DNA from: a candidate division WOR-3 bacterium
Lineage (GTDB): Bacteria; Hydrothermota; Hydrothermia; WGAB01
Assembly: GCA_015490555.1 (NCBI GenBank)
Contig: WFXO01000029.1
Location: 2,024 to 66,023, forward strand
DNA: 64,000 nucleotides
Direction: 5' to 3'
Under the pieces are notes generated by a model that saw nothing but the letters and a program-made list of their open reading frames with translations, was not told the DNA's origin and ran no database searches. Shown one piece after another: positions 44,326 to 53,121 of the stretch. Numbering within the stretch: the stretch's first letter is position 1; every line of letters begins with the position of its first letter. The translations under genes and the position numbers were made by a program.

Positions 44326-46781
44326 CAGTTTTTCTTTCCCTATTCTTTGCTTTTGGCCTTGCCATCTTTTTTTTCGGGCTCCAAACCCTCTTTTTCTACC
44401 CCCTTTCTCTGTACTACGAGGTCTGGAAGAAGCGTTTTTATCGAAAACACCGGGACCCCTCCTTCTTCCCTCTTGTCTCCGTCCTGATTCCTGCATATAA
44501 CGAGGAGTCTACCATCCGGATGTGTGTCGAGTCCGTCTTATCGTCCGATTACCCATCCTTTGAGGTCATTGTCATTGATGACGGGTCTACCGATCGCACA
44601 GCCGAACGGATCCGGGATTATGTGGCTTCTGGGAAGATCCGATACATCTGGAAGCCCAATGGAGGTAAGGCCTCTGCATTAAATCGTGGCATCCAGGAAG
44701 CACAGGGAGAGATCATTGTATACACCGATGCCGACTCCCTGTTTCGGCCAGACACCTTACAAAAACTCGTGCGTTGGTTTGTTTCCCCCAGGATCGACGC
44801 AGTGTGCGGAAATGATACCCCGATCCATCCCACTTCAGCACTTCAGAAGTTGCTGACCATCACGACCCATATTGGAACAGGTTTCGTAAGGCGTGCGCTT
44901 TCTGTTTTGAACGTCCTGCCCATCATCTCTGGGAATTCGGGCGCTGTTCGTAAGGATCTGTTGGAGAAAGTTGGAGGGTTTACGGAGATCTGGGGGGAGG
45001 ATCTGGACCTCACCTTTAAGTTACATAAGGCACGGGCCCGGATCGTTTTTGACCCCGAGGCACTGGTGATTTCCGAAACTCCGAAGAACCTATCGACGCT
45101 CTGGAAACAACGGGTCCGATGGATGCGAAGTTTTTTGAAAATCTGTGGACTCCACAAAGATCTCTTTTTCAATCCACGATATTTTCCATTTTCTTTTTAT
45201 CTCCCCATTAACTGGGTCAACATGGTCGTTGTCCCGGTATTCCAACTGATGGCGTTTGTTCTCCTTCCACTGGCCATCCACTTGGGAGTGTATCGTTGGG
45301 GAGGCCTTGTCGATGTCATCGCATACTTAGGGTTCGGCCTCTTCCTGGTCGTCTCCGTTTACAGCACTCTCCTGGACCGTGCATTTGGACATCTCAAATA
45401 TATTCCGCTCTACGGGTGGCTTATGATCCCCTTGTCGTATTTCTATAACGCGGTGTTGGTATACTCCATTTACAAAGAGATTCGAGGTGCGGAGGAGCGA
45501 TGGGAGAAAATTACCCGTCGGGAACTGGAGCAACTTGGAGAGACCCGGGCCATCCCTTTCTGGCATCGCCGATGGACGTGGGCAATTGGTGGAACCACAG
45601 TCCTTTTCCTCTTCCTGGCCCTTGGGCTTATGCTCCGTCGTCATCACTCTGCCGTTGCCCTTCCTCCGTCAGGGGCTCAGGTCCCCCCTGTCTTTGCGAT
45701 TGCAACCCACTTTGATGCTTGGCCAGATCCGGAACAAGCGATCCAGAGTGTTTTAAAACGACCGTATCAAGAGATCATCAACATGGTGGGGGTGAGTGCA
45801 GGCCGATATGAATGGAACAATTTCCGTTGGAAAGGCCATGAACAAACATGGAGTAACGACCAGAAGGCGGCACCGTACGATCTTTTAACACACGCGATTC
45901 AGAAGTTTCAAGCGCAAGGGAAAAAGGTCGTCGCGATTGTGGACTTTTATGCCCCAGCCTATCTCAAGGAACACCCCGAAGACGCCGCGGTGGGGGTGGA
46001 CGGCCGGGTCAGCACCGAACAGGTCTGTTTTACCGAACTCGTACGCGGAAAATATGGACGGCTTCTTGTCGAAATGATCACATACTTGGCCAAACATTAC
46101 GACCTGAAAGCCATCAGTCTAACAGAATTGGAATACCACCGGTTTTGTTATGATGAGCGGTGTCTGAAACTCTTTCAGGAGCGAACGGGAGAACGAGGGT
46201 GGCCGCGCACGTTCTTCCCCCGGAGAATCGATAAAGATCATCCCAAGATCGCCAGGTGGCGCTCTCAACTGATGTACGAATATCTTCGAGAAATCGCGGA
46301 TTCTGTACACAAGTACGGCAAAGACCTTTATGTCGATGTCCCGGTAGACTGGAAACGAATGGACCATGAAGGGATTGAGACCGGGCTCTACTATCCCTGG
46401 GTGCTTCGTGTTGCCGATGCGATTATCGTTTGGGATTATTTCTACTTGGAGAATCGCCCCCCCGAAACCTCTGAAGAAGTGGCGCGGTTTTTCACCGAGC
46501 GGTATGGTGCCACCCGTGTGATCCTCTCTTTAGGCCTGTGGGGGAAATCCCATCCCGTCTCTCCCGAGGAACTTGCGACCGCACTTTACCACTCTCTCCA
46601 AGGGGGAGCCCAGAAACTGTGGATCACCCCGAACCACTTGCTCACGCCGCAACACTGGCAACGAGTTCTCGAGGTGTTGGGGGTGTTGAAACCCAAGGAA
46701 GCGATGGAACTCCACCCTCAACGGGTCGAAGATTTTGGAAATGTTCGAGGGACGATCCCCCACCGTTTCAGGATCGGATAG
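44322..46781 (+). CDS. Membrane-embedded GT2 processive glycosyltransferase (PgaC/NodC/cellulose-synthase-like) fused to ~380-aa uncharacterised C-terminal domain
   Basis: ATG at 44322 overlaps the upstream stop (ATGA). The track ORF starts at TTG 44301. GT2 motifs: VSVLIPAYNEESTI, VIVIDDGSTD (DxD), YTDADS, and QRVRWMRS (Q(R/Q)xRW processivity motif). Multiple TM helices flank the catalytic domain and follow it (~aa 290-440). The C-terminal domain (approx. 45650-46781) has no family I can name. It may be a TIM-barrel glycosidase-like fold. Confidence 0.75.
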   Translation: MTVFLSLFFAFGLAIFFFGLQTLFFYPLSLYYEVWKKRFYRKHRDPSFFPLVSVLIPAYNEESTIRMCVESVLSSDYPSFEVIVIDDGSTDRTAERIRDYVASGKIRYIWKPNGGKASALNRGIQEAQGEIIVYTDADSLFRPDTLQKLVRWFVSPRIDAVCGNDTPIHPTSALQKLLTITTHIGTGFVRRALSVLNVLPIISGNSGAVRKDLLEKVGGFTEIWGEDLDLTFKLHKARARIVFDPEALVISETPKNLSTLWKQRVRWMRSFLKICGLHKDLFFNPRYFPFSFYLPINWVNMVVVPVFQLMAFVLLPLAIHLGVYRWGGLVDVIAYLGFGLFLVVSVYSTLLDRAFGHLKYIPLYGWLMIPLSYFYNAVLVYSIYKEIRGAEERWEKITRRELEQLGETRAIPFWHRRWTWAIGGTTVLFLFLALGLMLRRHHSAVALPPSGAQVPPVFAIATHFDAWPDPEQAIQSVLKRPYQEIINMVGVSAGRYEWNNFRWKGHEQTWSNDQKAAPYDLLTHAIQKFQAQGKKVVAIVDFYAPAYLKEHPEDAAVGVDGRVSTEQVCFTELVRGKYGRLLVEMITYLAKHYDLKAISLTELEYHRFCYDERCLKLFQERTGERGWPRTFFPRRIDKDHPKIARWRSQLMYEYLREIADSVHKYGKDLYVDVPVDWKRMDHEGIETGLYYPWVLRVADAIIVWDYFYLENRPPETSEEVARFFTERYGATRVILSLGLWGKSHPVSPEELATALYHSLQGGAQKLWITPNHLLTPQHWQRVLEVLGVLKPKEAMELHPQRVEDFGNVRGTIPHRFRIG

Positions 46782-47305
46782 AGCCGCTCGATGGGGAGCC
46801 CGACCACATTAAGGTACGACCCCCGAATCCATGGGACAAAGAGTCCGGCAAACCCTTGAATCCCATAGGCACCCGCCTTGTCCCATGGATGATCCTGAGC
46901 CAGTAGCCACTCAATTTCTTCCGGGCCGAGAGCGGAAAATCGAACCTCCGTGATTTCTAAACCTTGCCGGAGTTCGCCCTCTGGAAATTTGAGCACGGTA
47001 TACCCCGTCACCACCTCATGAACCCGGCCAGAAAGCCGCCGTAAATATTCGGCCGCTTGTTCTTTAGAACGCGGTTTTCCCAAGGGTTCCCCCTCCAAAA
47101 ACACCACGGTATCGGCACTGAGGTAGACCCCAGGTTCGCAGACTTCTGGAATTTTTGATCGGGCTACGTGGATCGTATCTTCTGGATACCGGACGCGATC
47201 CTCCTCAGGCGCCGGATCGATCATGTCGAAATCATACCCGAATTTCTCCAGGATCTCTCTTCGCCTCGGAGAGCGAGAGACCAAAATCAGACGGTTAGGA
47301 TTCAT
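46718..47305 (-). CDS. maf: Maf-like nucleotide pyrophosphatase (septum formation protein Maf)
   Basis: 195 aa. LILVSRSPRRREILEKFGYDF...DTVV...KP matches Maf motifs. 3' end overlaps the convergent GT2 gene by ~64 nt. Confidence 0.8.
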   Translation of the reverse strand: MNPNRLILVSRSPRRREILEKFGYDFDMIDPAPEEDRVRYPEDTIHVARSKIPEVCEPGVYLSADTVVFLEGEPLGKPRSKEQAAEYLRRLSGRVHEVVTGYTVLKFPEGELRQGLEITEVRFSALGPEEIEWLLAQDHPWDKAGAYGIQGFAGLFVPWIRGSYLNVVGLPIERLYPILKRWGIVPRTFPKSSTR

Positions 47306-48359
47306 GGGCCTCGGCTTGAAGTTTCGCTCGGATGTAACTTGCGCGCTTCTGGTCCCTCTCCCGGGGATCGAGATCTTGTCCGAACAGTTTTTGGATATGA
47401 GCAGGTTGCGAGAACAACAAGAGTTCGTTGAGGGTCCGAATTTTCAGATCCAGATAATAGCCCAATCCAACGGCCAGACGCAGGAAGGAAACCAGTTGAG
47501 CGGTCTCATCGAACGAAATCAACCGTGCATGTTCCAAGGTGGCTCGAGCCCGCTCGATGCGATCCATAAGGACGTCCTTCAACTTTCCCGTCAAGATCTT
47601 CCTCGCCTTCCGTTCGCTCTCCAGAATCTCATCCACGGTTGCTTGAAATCGCTCCAACAGTTCTTCCTCCGTCACCCCTAACGTCTCCTGAGTATAGATC
47701 TGGAAGATATTGCCGTAAAAATCGCTCCCCTCTCCGTAGAGGCCACGGATTCCAACTCTCCGCTTAACCAATGTCTTTAACAGAGGATCCACATGTTTGG
47801 TCAACACAATCCCGGGCAAATGCGCCAGGATCGAAAGGCGCAGTCCCAAGCCAGTATTCGTAGGACAAGAGGTCAAGTACCCGAACTCCGGGTGAAAGGC
47901 ATAGGGCCAAAGGAGCCCCAACTTTCGATCGATGTCTAAAACTCTCTGAAAGACTTCACGGAGCGCAAGTCCGGAGGCCATGACTTGAATTCGCAGGTGG
48001 TCTTCCTCATTGATCAACACAGAGATCGTTTCATCTTCGGTGTAGATCAACCCCGCAGTATCTGCATACTTCAATAGATCGCGTGTCATGAGATGCCGTT
48101 CGATGAGGAATTGTCGGTCCAGTTCAGAGAGATCTCTCACTGCAACAAATGTGGCATCTTGAAACAGAGGGATCATGCGAATTCGGTCCCGAACGATCTC
48201 CAAGACCCGCTGTCGTTCGTCTTCATCCAACTGAGAGGGGAAGTGGAATGCTCGGAGGTTGCGGGCAAGACGTGCCCGTGAACTGATCACGAGTTCCGGA
48301 TACTCGCCTTCCCCGGAAAGCCAAGCAGGGGTTTGTTCAATTAAGGATTGGATTCCCAT
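47295..48359 (-). CDS. mcsB: Protein arginine kinase McsB (phosphagen-kinase fold)
   Basis: 354 aa. LVISSRARLARNL, EEDHLRIQ and CPTNTGLGLR (the guanidino-kinase CPTNLGT motif) are present. Confidence 0.8.
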   Translation of the reverse strand: MGIQSLIEQTPAWLSGEGEYPELVISSRARLARNLRAFHFPSQLDEDERQRVLEIVRDRIRMIPLFQDATFVAVRDLSELDRQFLIERHLMTRDLLKYADTAGLIYTEDETISVLINEEDHLRIQVMASGLALREVFQRVLDIDRKLGLLWPYAFHPEFGYLTSCPTNTGLGLRLSILAHLPGIVLTKHVDPLLKTLVKRRVGIRGLYGEGSDFYGNIFQIYTQETLGVTEEELLERFQATVDEILESERKARKILTGKLKDVLMDRIERARATLEHARLISFDETAQLVSFLRLAVGLGYYLDLKIRTLNELLLFSQPAHIQKLFGQDLDPRERDQKRASYIRAKLQAEAHES

Positions 48360-48877
48360 CCCAGTTCTTTCAGAATCTCTTGGATTCGATCTCGAATCTC
48401 CGCTGCTTTTTCAAACTGTTCCTGTGCAATGAAAACCTCCAACTGGCTTTCCAATTTGGCTTTCTCTTTGAGGAGTCGGTACGCTTTTCGATTTCGGCGA
48501 TACCGTTGTCCTCGATATGTAGCGGTCCCATGGAGATCCTTAAAGAGCACCTCTAAGTTTTCTCTGAACGCCTTATAACAATCGGCACAGCCGAAACGCA
48601 TGGTCTTAAGGAACGTTTCGTAAGAAAGGCCACAGGAAGGACAAACGAGTTCTCGAATGATCCGTTTTGTTTGTGGTTGGACACCGCCTTCTTCTTCCCC
48701 CGGGGTAAAAATCGCTTCTGTCTCCGTGGGTTCTCCTTCGGTGACTAAGGGTTGGGGGATCGCCAGGGCTACTTCTTCAGCGCATATTTCGCAAAGTCGG
48801 AGTACTTTTCGCCGTCCGTCGATCACCTCAACGAGTTTCACGGTGGCCTCTTTCAAGCCACACTTCTCACACAGCAT
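48341..48877 (-). CDS. mcsA: McsA-like activator of McsB (zinc-finger + UVR domain protein)
   Basis: Probable ATG at 48877 (MLCEKCGLKEATV...RLCEICA...CPSCG...CADCY: four CxxC pairs). C-terminal UvrB/C-like helix hairpin FIAQEQFEKAAEIRDRIQEIL. The track ORF starts at 48928, overlapping dxs. Confidence 0.65.
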   Translation of the reverse strand: MLCEKCGLKEATVKLVEVIDGRRKVLRLCEICAEEVALAIPQPLVTEGEPTETEAIFTPGEEEGGVQPQTKRIIRELVCPSCGLSYETFLKTMRFGCADCYKAFRENLEVLFKDLHGTATYRGQRYRRNRKAYRLLKEKAKLESQLEVFIAQEQFEKAAEIRDRIQEILKELGWESNP

Positions 48878-50762
48878 GGATTCGTCCTTGAAGGAAATTG
48901 TGGATCCGTTCTGACATCCCTTCCACATCCAAGCCCATCTGTCTCAAGAGGATACCTCGATCCCCGTGTTCCACGAAGTAATCCGGCAATCCGAAACGCA
49001 GCACCGGCAACTGAACTCCTAACTCATGAAGTACTTCCAAGATCCCGGCTCCGAATCCACCGATCAGGACATTTTCTTCCATCGTCACAAATCTCGAGAC
49101 ACCCTGCCGAAGCAAGGTCTTCAACAAAGCAATGTCCATGGGCTTTACGAACCGTGCATTGACCACCCCGATCTGGAATCCCTCTTTCTCGAGGAGATCT
49201 GCAACCTGTAGGGCGGGATAGACCATCGAGCCAACGGCCAAAATGTACGCATCCTTTCCATCTCGTAAAGTTTCCCAGGACCCAATGGGGATCTCGTGGA
49301 GGTTTTTCGGTAAGGGAACACCCCAGCCAGCCCCCCGAGGATACCGAAACGCGATGGGCCCTTGATGGTAACGATAGGCCGTATAAATCATGTGGCAGAG
49401 TTCGGCTTCGTCCTTCGGCGCCATAATAACCATGTTAGGGATCAAGCGCAAATAGGACAGGTCAAAAGCGCCGTGATGCGTGGGTCCATCGGCGCCGACC
49501 AGCCCCGCCCGGTCTAAAGCGAAACGAACGGGCAGATTTTGAAGAGCAATATCGTGGATAATCTGGTCGAAGGCGCGTTGTAAAAATGTCGAATAAATGG
49601 CTACAAATGGGATCATCCCTTGAACCGCAAGGCCTCCAGCGAAGGTCACAGCATGTTGTTCAGCAATTCCGACATCAAAGTACTGTTTCGGAAGGGCTTC
49701 TCTCAAATATTTCAAACCCGTGCCCGAAGGCATCGCCGCCGTGATGCCCACGACCCGCTCGTCCTCTTGTGCGATCCGCAGAAGTGTTTTCCCAAAGACT
49801 TCCGTATAAGAGGGAGGCCCTTTTTTCTTCTTTGGTTGTCCACTCTCCAATTCAAAAGGTCCTAAGCCGTGGAAGACTTCTTGATTGCGTTCTGCAGGGG
49901 GATATCCCTTCCCTTTCACCGTGATGGTATGGAGCAAAACGGGACCCCGAACCTGTTTTAAGTTCTGGAGATGGTGGATCAGGGTCGGGAGATCGTGTCC
50001 ATTGATCGGACCGACATAATGGATCCCCATCTCCTCAAAGAGGATCGTTGGGACCATCAAGTTTTCAAGAGACTCCCGGATCTTCCGGGCCAGCATCCGG
50101 GCTCTGTCCGTCAGACTTCGAGAAGGAAGGCGTCCCAGGAGTTCCCAGACGTCATCTTTAATCCGATGGTAAAACGGGGAGGACTTGAGTTTCGCCAGGT
50201 AGTCGGAGATGGCCCCCACATTTTCTGCGATCGACATCTCATTGTCATTCAAAACAATGATCAAATCGGTTTTGAGTTGCCCGATATTGTTTAGGGCTTC
50301 ATAGGCCATGCCCCCTGTGAGTCCACCGTCTCCGATCACTGCGATGACATGGAACCTTTGACCCAGCCGGTCTCGTGCAATGGCAATCCCCAGAGCAGCA
50401 GATAAAGAGGTAGAGGCATGTCCGGCTCCAAAAATATCATGGGGGCTTTCATCTCGCCGGAGAAACCCCGAGAGTCCTCCGAATTTTCGGATGGTGGGCA
50501 ATTGATCTCGGCGTCCGGTCAAGATCTTATGGGGGTATGCCTGGTGCCCGACATCGAAAATGATTTTGTCCCGGGGAGAATCAAAGACGTAGTGGAGGGC
50601 AATCTCCAGTTCTACCGCACCCAGGTTTCCACCCAGATGGCCCCCTTTCTCGGAGACTACTTCTAACATGTAGGCACGGATCTCCTCCGCCAACCGTTCC
50701 AGTTGGGGAAGGGTCAACTTCTTGAGATCTTTTGGACTATTGACTCTTTTGAGGAGTTGCAT
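48867..50762 (-). CDS. dxs: 1-deoxy-D-xylulose-5-phosphate synthase
   Basis: 631 aa. GGHLGGNLGAVELEIALHYVFDSPRDKIIFDVGHQAYPHKILTGRR is the canonical DXS N-terminus, with TPP-binding GDG motif. Confidence 0.9.
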   Translation of the reverse strand: MQLLKRVNSPKDLKKLTLPQLERLAEEIRAYMLEVVSEKGGHLGGNLGAVELEIALHYVFDSPRDKIIFDVGHQAYPHKILTGRRDQLPTIRKFGGLSGFLRRDESPHDIFGAGHASTSLSAALGIAIARDRLGQRFHVIAVIGDGGLTGGMAYEALNNIGQLKTDLIIVLNDNEMSIAENVGAISDYLAKLKSSPFYHRIKDDVWELLGRLPSRSLTDRARMLARKIRESLENLMVPTILFEEMGIHYVGPINGHDLPTLIHHLQNLKQVRGPVLLHTITVKGKGYPPAERNQEVFHGLGPFELESGQPKKKKGPPSYTEVFGKTLLRIAQEDERVVGITAAMPSGTGLKYLREALPKQYFDVGIAEQHAVTFAGGLAVQGMIPFVAIYSTFLQRAFDQIIHDIALQNLPVRFALDRAGLVGADGPTHHGAFDLSYLRLIPNMVIMAPKDEAELCHMIYTAYRYHQGPIAFRYPRGAGWGVPLPKNLHEIPIGSWETLRDGKDAYILAVGSMVYPALQVADLLEKEGFQIGVVNARFVKPMDIALLKTLLRQGVSRFVTMEENVLIGGFGAGILEVLHELGVQLPVLRFGLPDYFVEHGDRGILLRQMGLDVEGMSERIHNFLQGRIHAV

Positions 50763-50842
50763 AACATCGAGGAATTATACGCAGTGGCCTTTCCCTTTGC
50801 AATGGAAGCACTCCCTTGCGCTCGATGTTCCACCAGGAGTCG

Positions 50843-51655
50843 CTACCCACCAATTTGGATGGGAGAAAGGAGGTCCCGGATGGTTCGGACAGCACTGAGG
50901 GCAGCGAGGTAACTCGTTTTGGGATTCAAAGGAAAGGGTTTGTTCCGAACCTTCATTTGCAAGCAGCCGACTTCCCCGTCGACAAAGAGTTCATGGACAT
51001 TCTCACGGGATGTAGGGTCGACCTGGACCCGGACGACGGGCTCGATTTTCCCTTCCAAGGCCAGAGTAAAAGCCATGGCAACATTGGTATTGCGAGGGAA
51101 TGCTTGGACAACTTCAAAAGGACTGCCTTCAAAGATCTGGGTTACACTTGAGTAACGGAAGAGATCCATGTCATGTTCCTGAACGTAGGGAGCATCCTGG
51201 AGAGAATCTGGGGGCTTGGTGGTGGTCAAAATGGCTTTGTAGATGGGCCGCTCGGCTAAGGCCCGGACAGCATCTAAGCCGGCAATCGCGCCTGTGGGCA
51301 CCAATATTCTCGCTCGATTCGCACGAGCCTGTTCAACACATTGATAAAAGAGGTCCCGATCTGCAAAGGCACCCGTGCTCAGGATCATCAGACTGATCCC
51401 CTCTCGCAGGAGGGGTTCGGCGAATGCGCGCACGGCCCCCTGTGAAGCGGCTTCAATGACAAAATCGGGGCGTGCCTCTAAAAGATCCTCCAGATGGTCT
51501 GTGATCCGGACGCTTTCTGGAAGGCTCCGGGCAGCCTTCGCTTTCGCTTGCTCAGAGGTGTCCATCACTGCCACCCACTCCAGAGATGGATCATCCTGGA
51601 GGCTCTGGATCAAGGTTTGGCCAATGGTGCCGAATCCGATTAAGCCAAGACGCAT
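50843..51655 (-). CDS. nadX: L-aspartate dehydrogenase (NadX-type)
   Basis: 270 aa. MRLGLIGFGTIGQ Rossmann motif. PTGAIAGLDAV, AFPRNTNVAMA and ENPKTSYLAALSAVRTIRDL align with Thermotoga maritima aspartate dehydrogenase TM1643. Confidence 0.75.
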   Translation of the reverse strand: MRLGLIGFGTIGQTLIQSLQDDPSLEWVAVMDTSEQAKAKAARSLPESVRITDHLEDLLEARPDFVIEAASQGAVRAFAEPLLREGISLMILSTGAFADRDLFYQCVEQARANRARILVPTGAIAGLDAVRALAERPIYKAILTTTKPPDSLQDAPYVQEHDMDLFRYSSVTQIFEGSPFEVVQAFPRNTNVAMAFTLALEGKIEPVVRVQVDPTSRENVHELFVDGEVGCLQMKVRNKPFPLNPKTSYLAALSAVRTIRDLLSPIQIGG

Positions 51656-51659
51656 CCTC

Positions 51660-52190
51660 TTACTCCTCTAAAGCGTAATCTTGCCAAAGCACAATGTACC
51701 AGAGCCCGTCCGAAGGTCGCTTCCGCAAAACAAACAAGGCTCTCCCTTCTACCAGATCAATATCCGGCGGCGAAGGATCCAAAGAGAGGATGTAATCGTA
51801 TAACGCGGTAGCTCGGGTTCCTGTGGAATCGTACTGTAGCCCTCGAGAGAAGAGGGTCAACTGGATGCTATTCACGGCATCAAACAGTTCCTCCGTGGCA
51901 ATACGCTCTTGGCTATAGCCCCACACCAGGCTATCCAGCCCCCAATACTCCCGGAGGATCTCCGCGATACTATCTTCCTGGGAGTCAAAATAAAACTTGA
52001 AGGAATCTGGATCCAGGCAGGAAAGATAGGCTTCCAGATCCTTGGCAATATACGCAGTTTGGAGGTTTTGAATGACCTGTTCTGGCTGTGTAGGCAAAGG
52101 ATATGCCGGTCCTTCTACACTGGGAGGATGGAAAGGATTCCAACACCCCAGGAGAAGGAGCCAGGTGAGCCAGACCAGCCGAAAACGCAC
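51660..52190 (-). CDS. Hypothetical lipoprotein
   Basis: 176 aa. Signal peptide with lipobox LLLGC. No recognisable family. Confidence 0.4.
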   Translation of the reverse strand: MRFRLVWLTWLLLLGCWNPFHPPSVEGPAYPLPTQPEQVIQNLQTAYIAKDLEAYLSCLDPDSFKFYFDSQEDSIAEILREYWGLDSLVWGYSQERIATEELFDAVNSIQLTLFSRGLQYDSTGTRATALYDYILSLDPSPPDIDLVEGRALFVLRKRPSDGLWYIVLWQDYALEE

Positions 52191-52194
52191 GGGA

Positions 52195-52446
52195 TTACGC
52201 GGGGAATACCGAGACGTAAACCCGACCGCGGCGTCGGGTAAATTTCACGACCCCGTCAATCAAAGCAAAAAGGGTATCGTCACTCCCTTTGCCTACGTTA
52301 TAGCCGGGGTGGAACTTGGTCCCCCGCTGGCGAACCAAAATATGGCCGGCAAGGACCCATTGTCCATCCGAACGTTTCACCCCCAGCCGTTTCGAAATGG
52401 AGTCCCGGCCATTCTTCGTACTGCCCATACCCTTTTTATGGGCCAT
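52195..52446 (-). CDS. rpmA: 50S ribosomal protein L27
   Basis: [25 protein letters not shown]...[15 protein letters not shown] matches E. coli L27 [25 protein letters not shown].... Confidence 0.9.
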   Translation of the reverse strand: MAHKKGMGSTKNGRDSISKRLGVKRSDGQWVLAGHILVRQRGTKFHPGYNVGKGSDDTLFALIDGVVKFTRRRGRVYVSVFPA

Positions 52447-52452
52447 GACTGT

Positions 52453-53067
52453 TCACCTCCCTTTTAATCGCTTCATGCGAAACTTATCTTCTCGTTCCCG
52501 ATCTTCTAAGACCTGACGGATGAAAGCCACTTGACTCTTCAACTCCGGGATCAATTTTTGTTCCAAGGCATTCACACGGCGGGTCGTCTTTTTAATCTCT
52601 GCGCCTAACTTTTTTAAGCGGATCTCGCGCGGTGCCATCTTCAGGATGAGGTCCAGCACCTTTTCAAAGGCTTCTGTGGTCATATCGACCCGTGCGGAGA
52701 CTGAAAACGGAGAATACCCGCGGGTCATAGGGCTCCGGACCATATTTTGGGCCTCAATCTCTGGCAATTTCACACCCCAGATTTTCCGTTCCTCTATCCG
52801 GATCGCCGGTTGTTTCGGAGATGCCAAGGCCAAAGACGCCAGGGTCTCTGGACCATCGACCCCCATTGCTTTGGCCAAAAAGACCAGCGCCTCTCTCAAC
52901 TGCCGATCCAGCGCCCGCCGATCTTCCAGTAAGGGCTTGAGAAGCCCCATAAACTCCGCCATTAAGGCATCCCGCTTGTTTTTCAACAACGATGCTCCTT
53001 GCTGCGCAATCTTTATCTGGCGGCGCTTAATCAGAAGATTCATGCGTGTGGGACTGACCTGTTCCAT
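52453..53067 (-). CDS. V/A-type ATP synthase subunit D
   Basis: 204 aa. MEQVSPTRMNLLIKRRQIKIAQQGASLLKNKRDALMAEF and RLKKLGAEIKKTTRRVNALEQKLIPEL...VLEDREREDKFRMKRLKG align along the full length with Thermus V-ATPase subunit D (MSQVSPTRMNLLQRRGQLRLAQKGVDLLKKKRDAL...RLKKIGEEIKKTTRRVNALEQ). Confidence 0.75.
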   Translation of the reverse strand: MEQVSPTRMNLLIKRRQIKIAQQGASLLKNKRDALMAEFMGLLKPLLEDRRALDRQLREALVFLAKAMGVDGPETLASLALASPKQPAIRIEERKIWGVKLPEIEAQNMVRSPMTRGYSPFSVSARVDMTTEAFEKVLDLILKMAPREIRLKKLGAEIKKTTRRVNALEQKLIPELKSQVAFIRQVLEDREREDKFRMKRLKGR

Positions 53068-53121
53068 AGGCTCTTAAGGTAAAGTGAGGTCCCGGAAATG
53101 TCAACTCAAATCGCTGGGATC

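Noticed and set aside
48878-48928. Longer McsA start at 48928 overlapping dxs by 62 nt
   Set aside because: The internal Met at 48877 begins directly with the first CxxC zinc-finger (MLCEKCG…), as McsA proteins do. It lies 10 nt after the dxs stop. The upstream extension is probably not translated.
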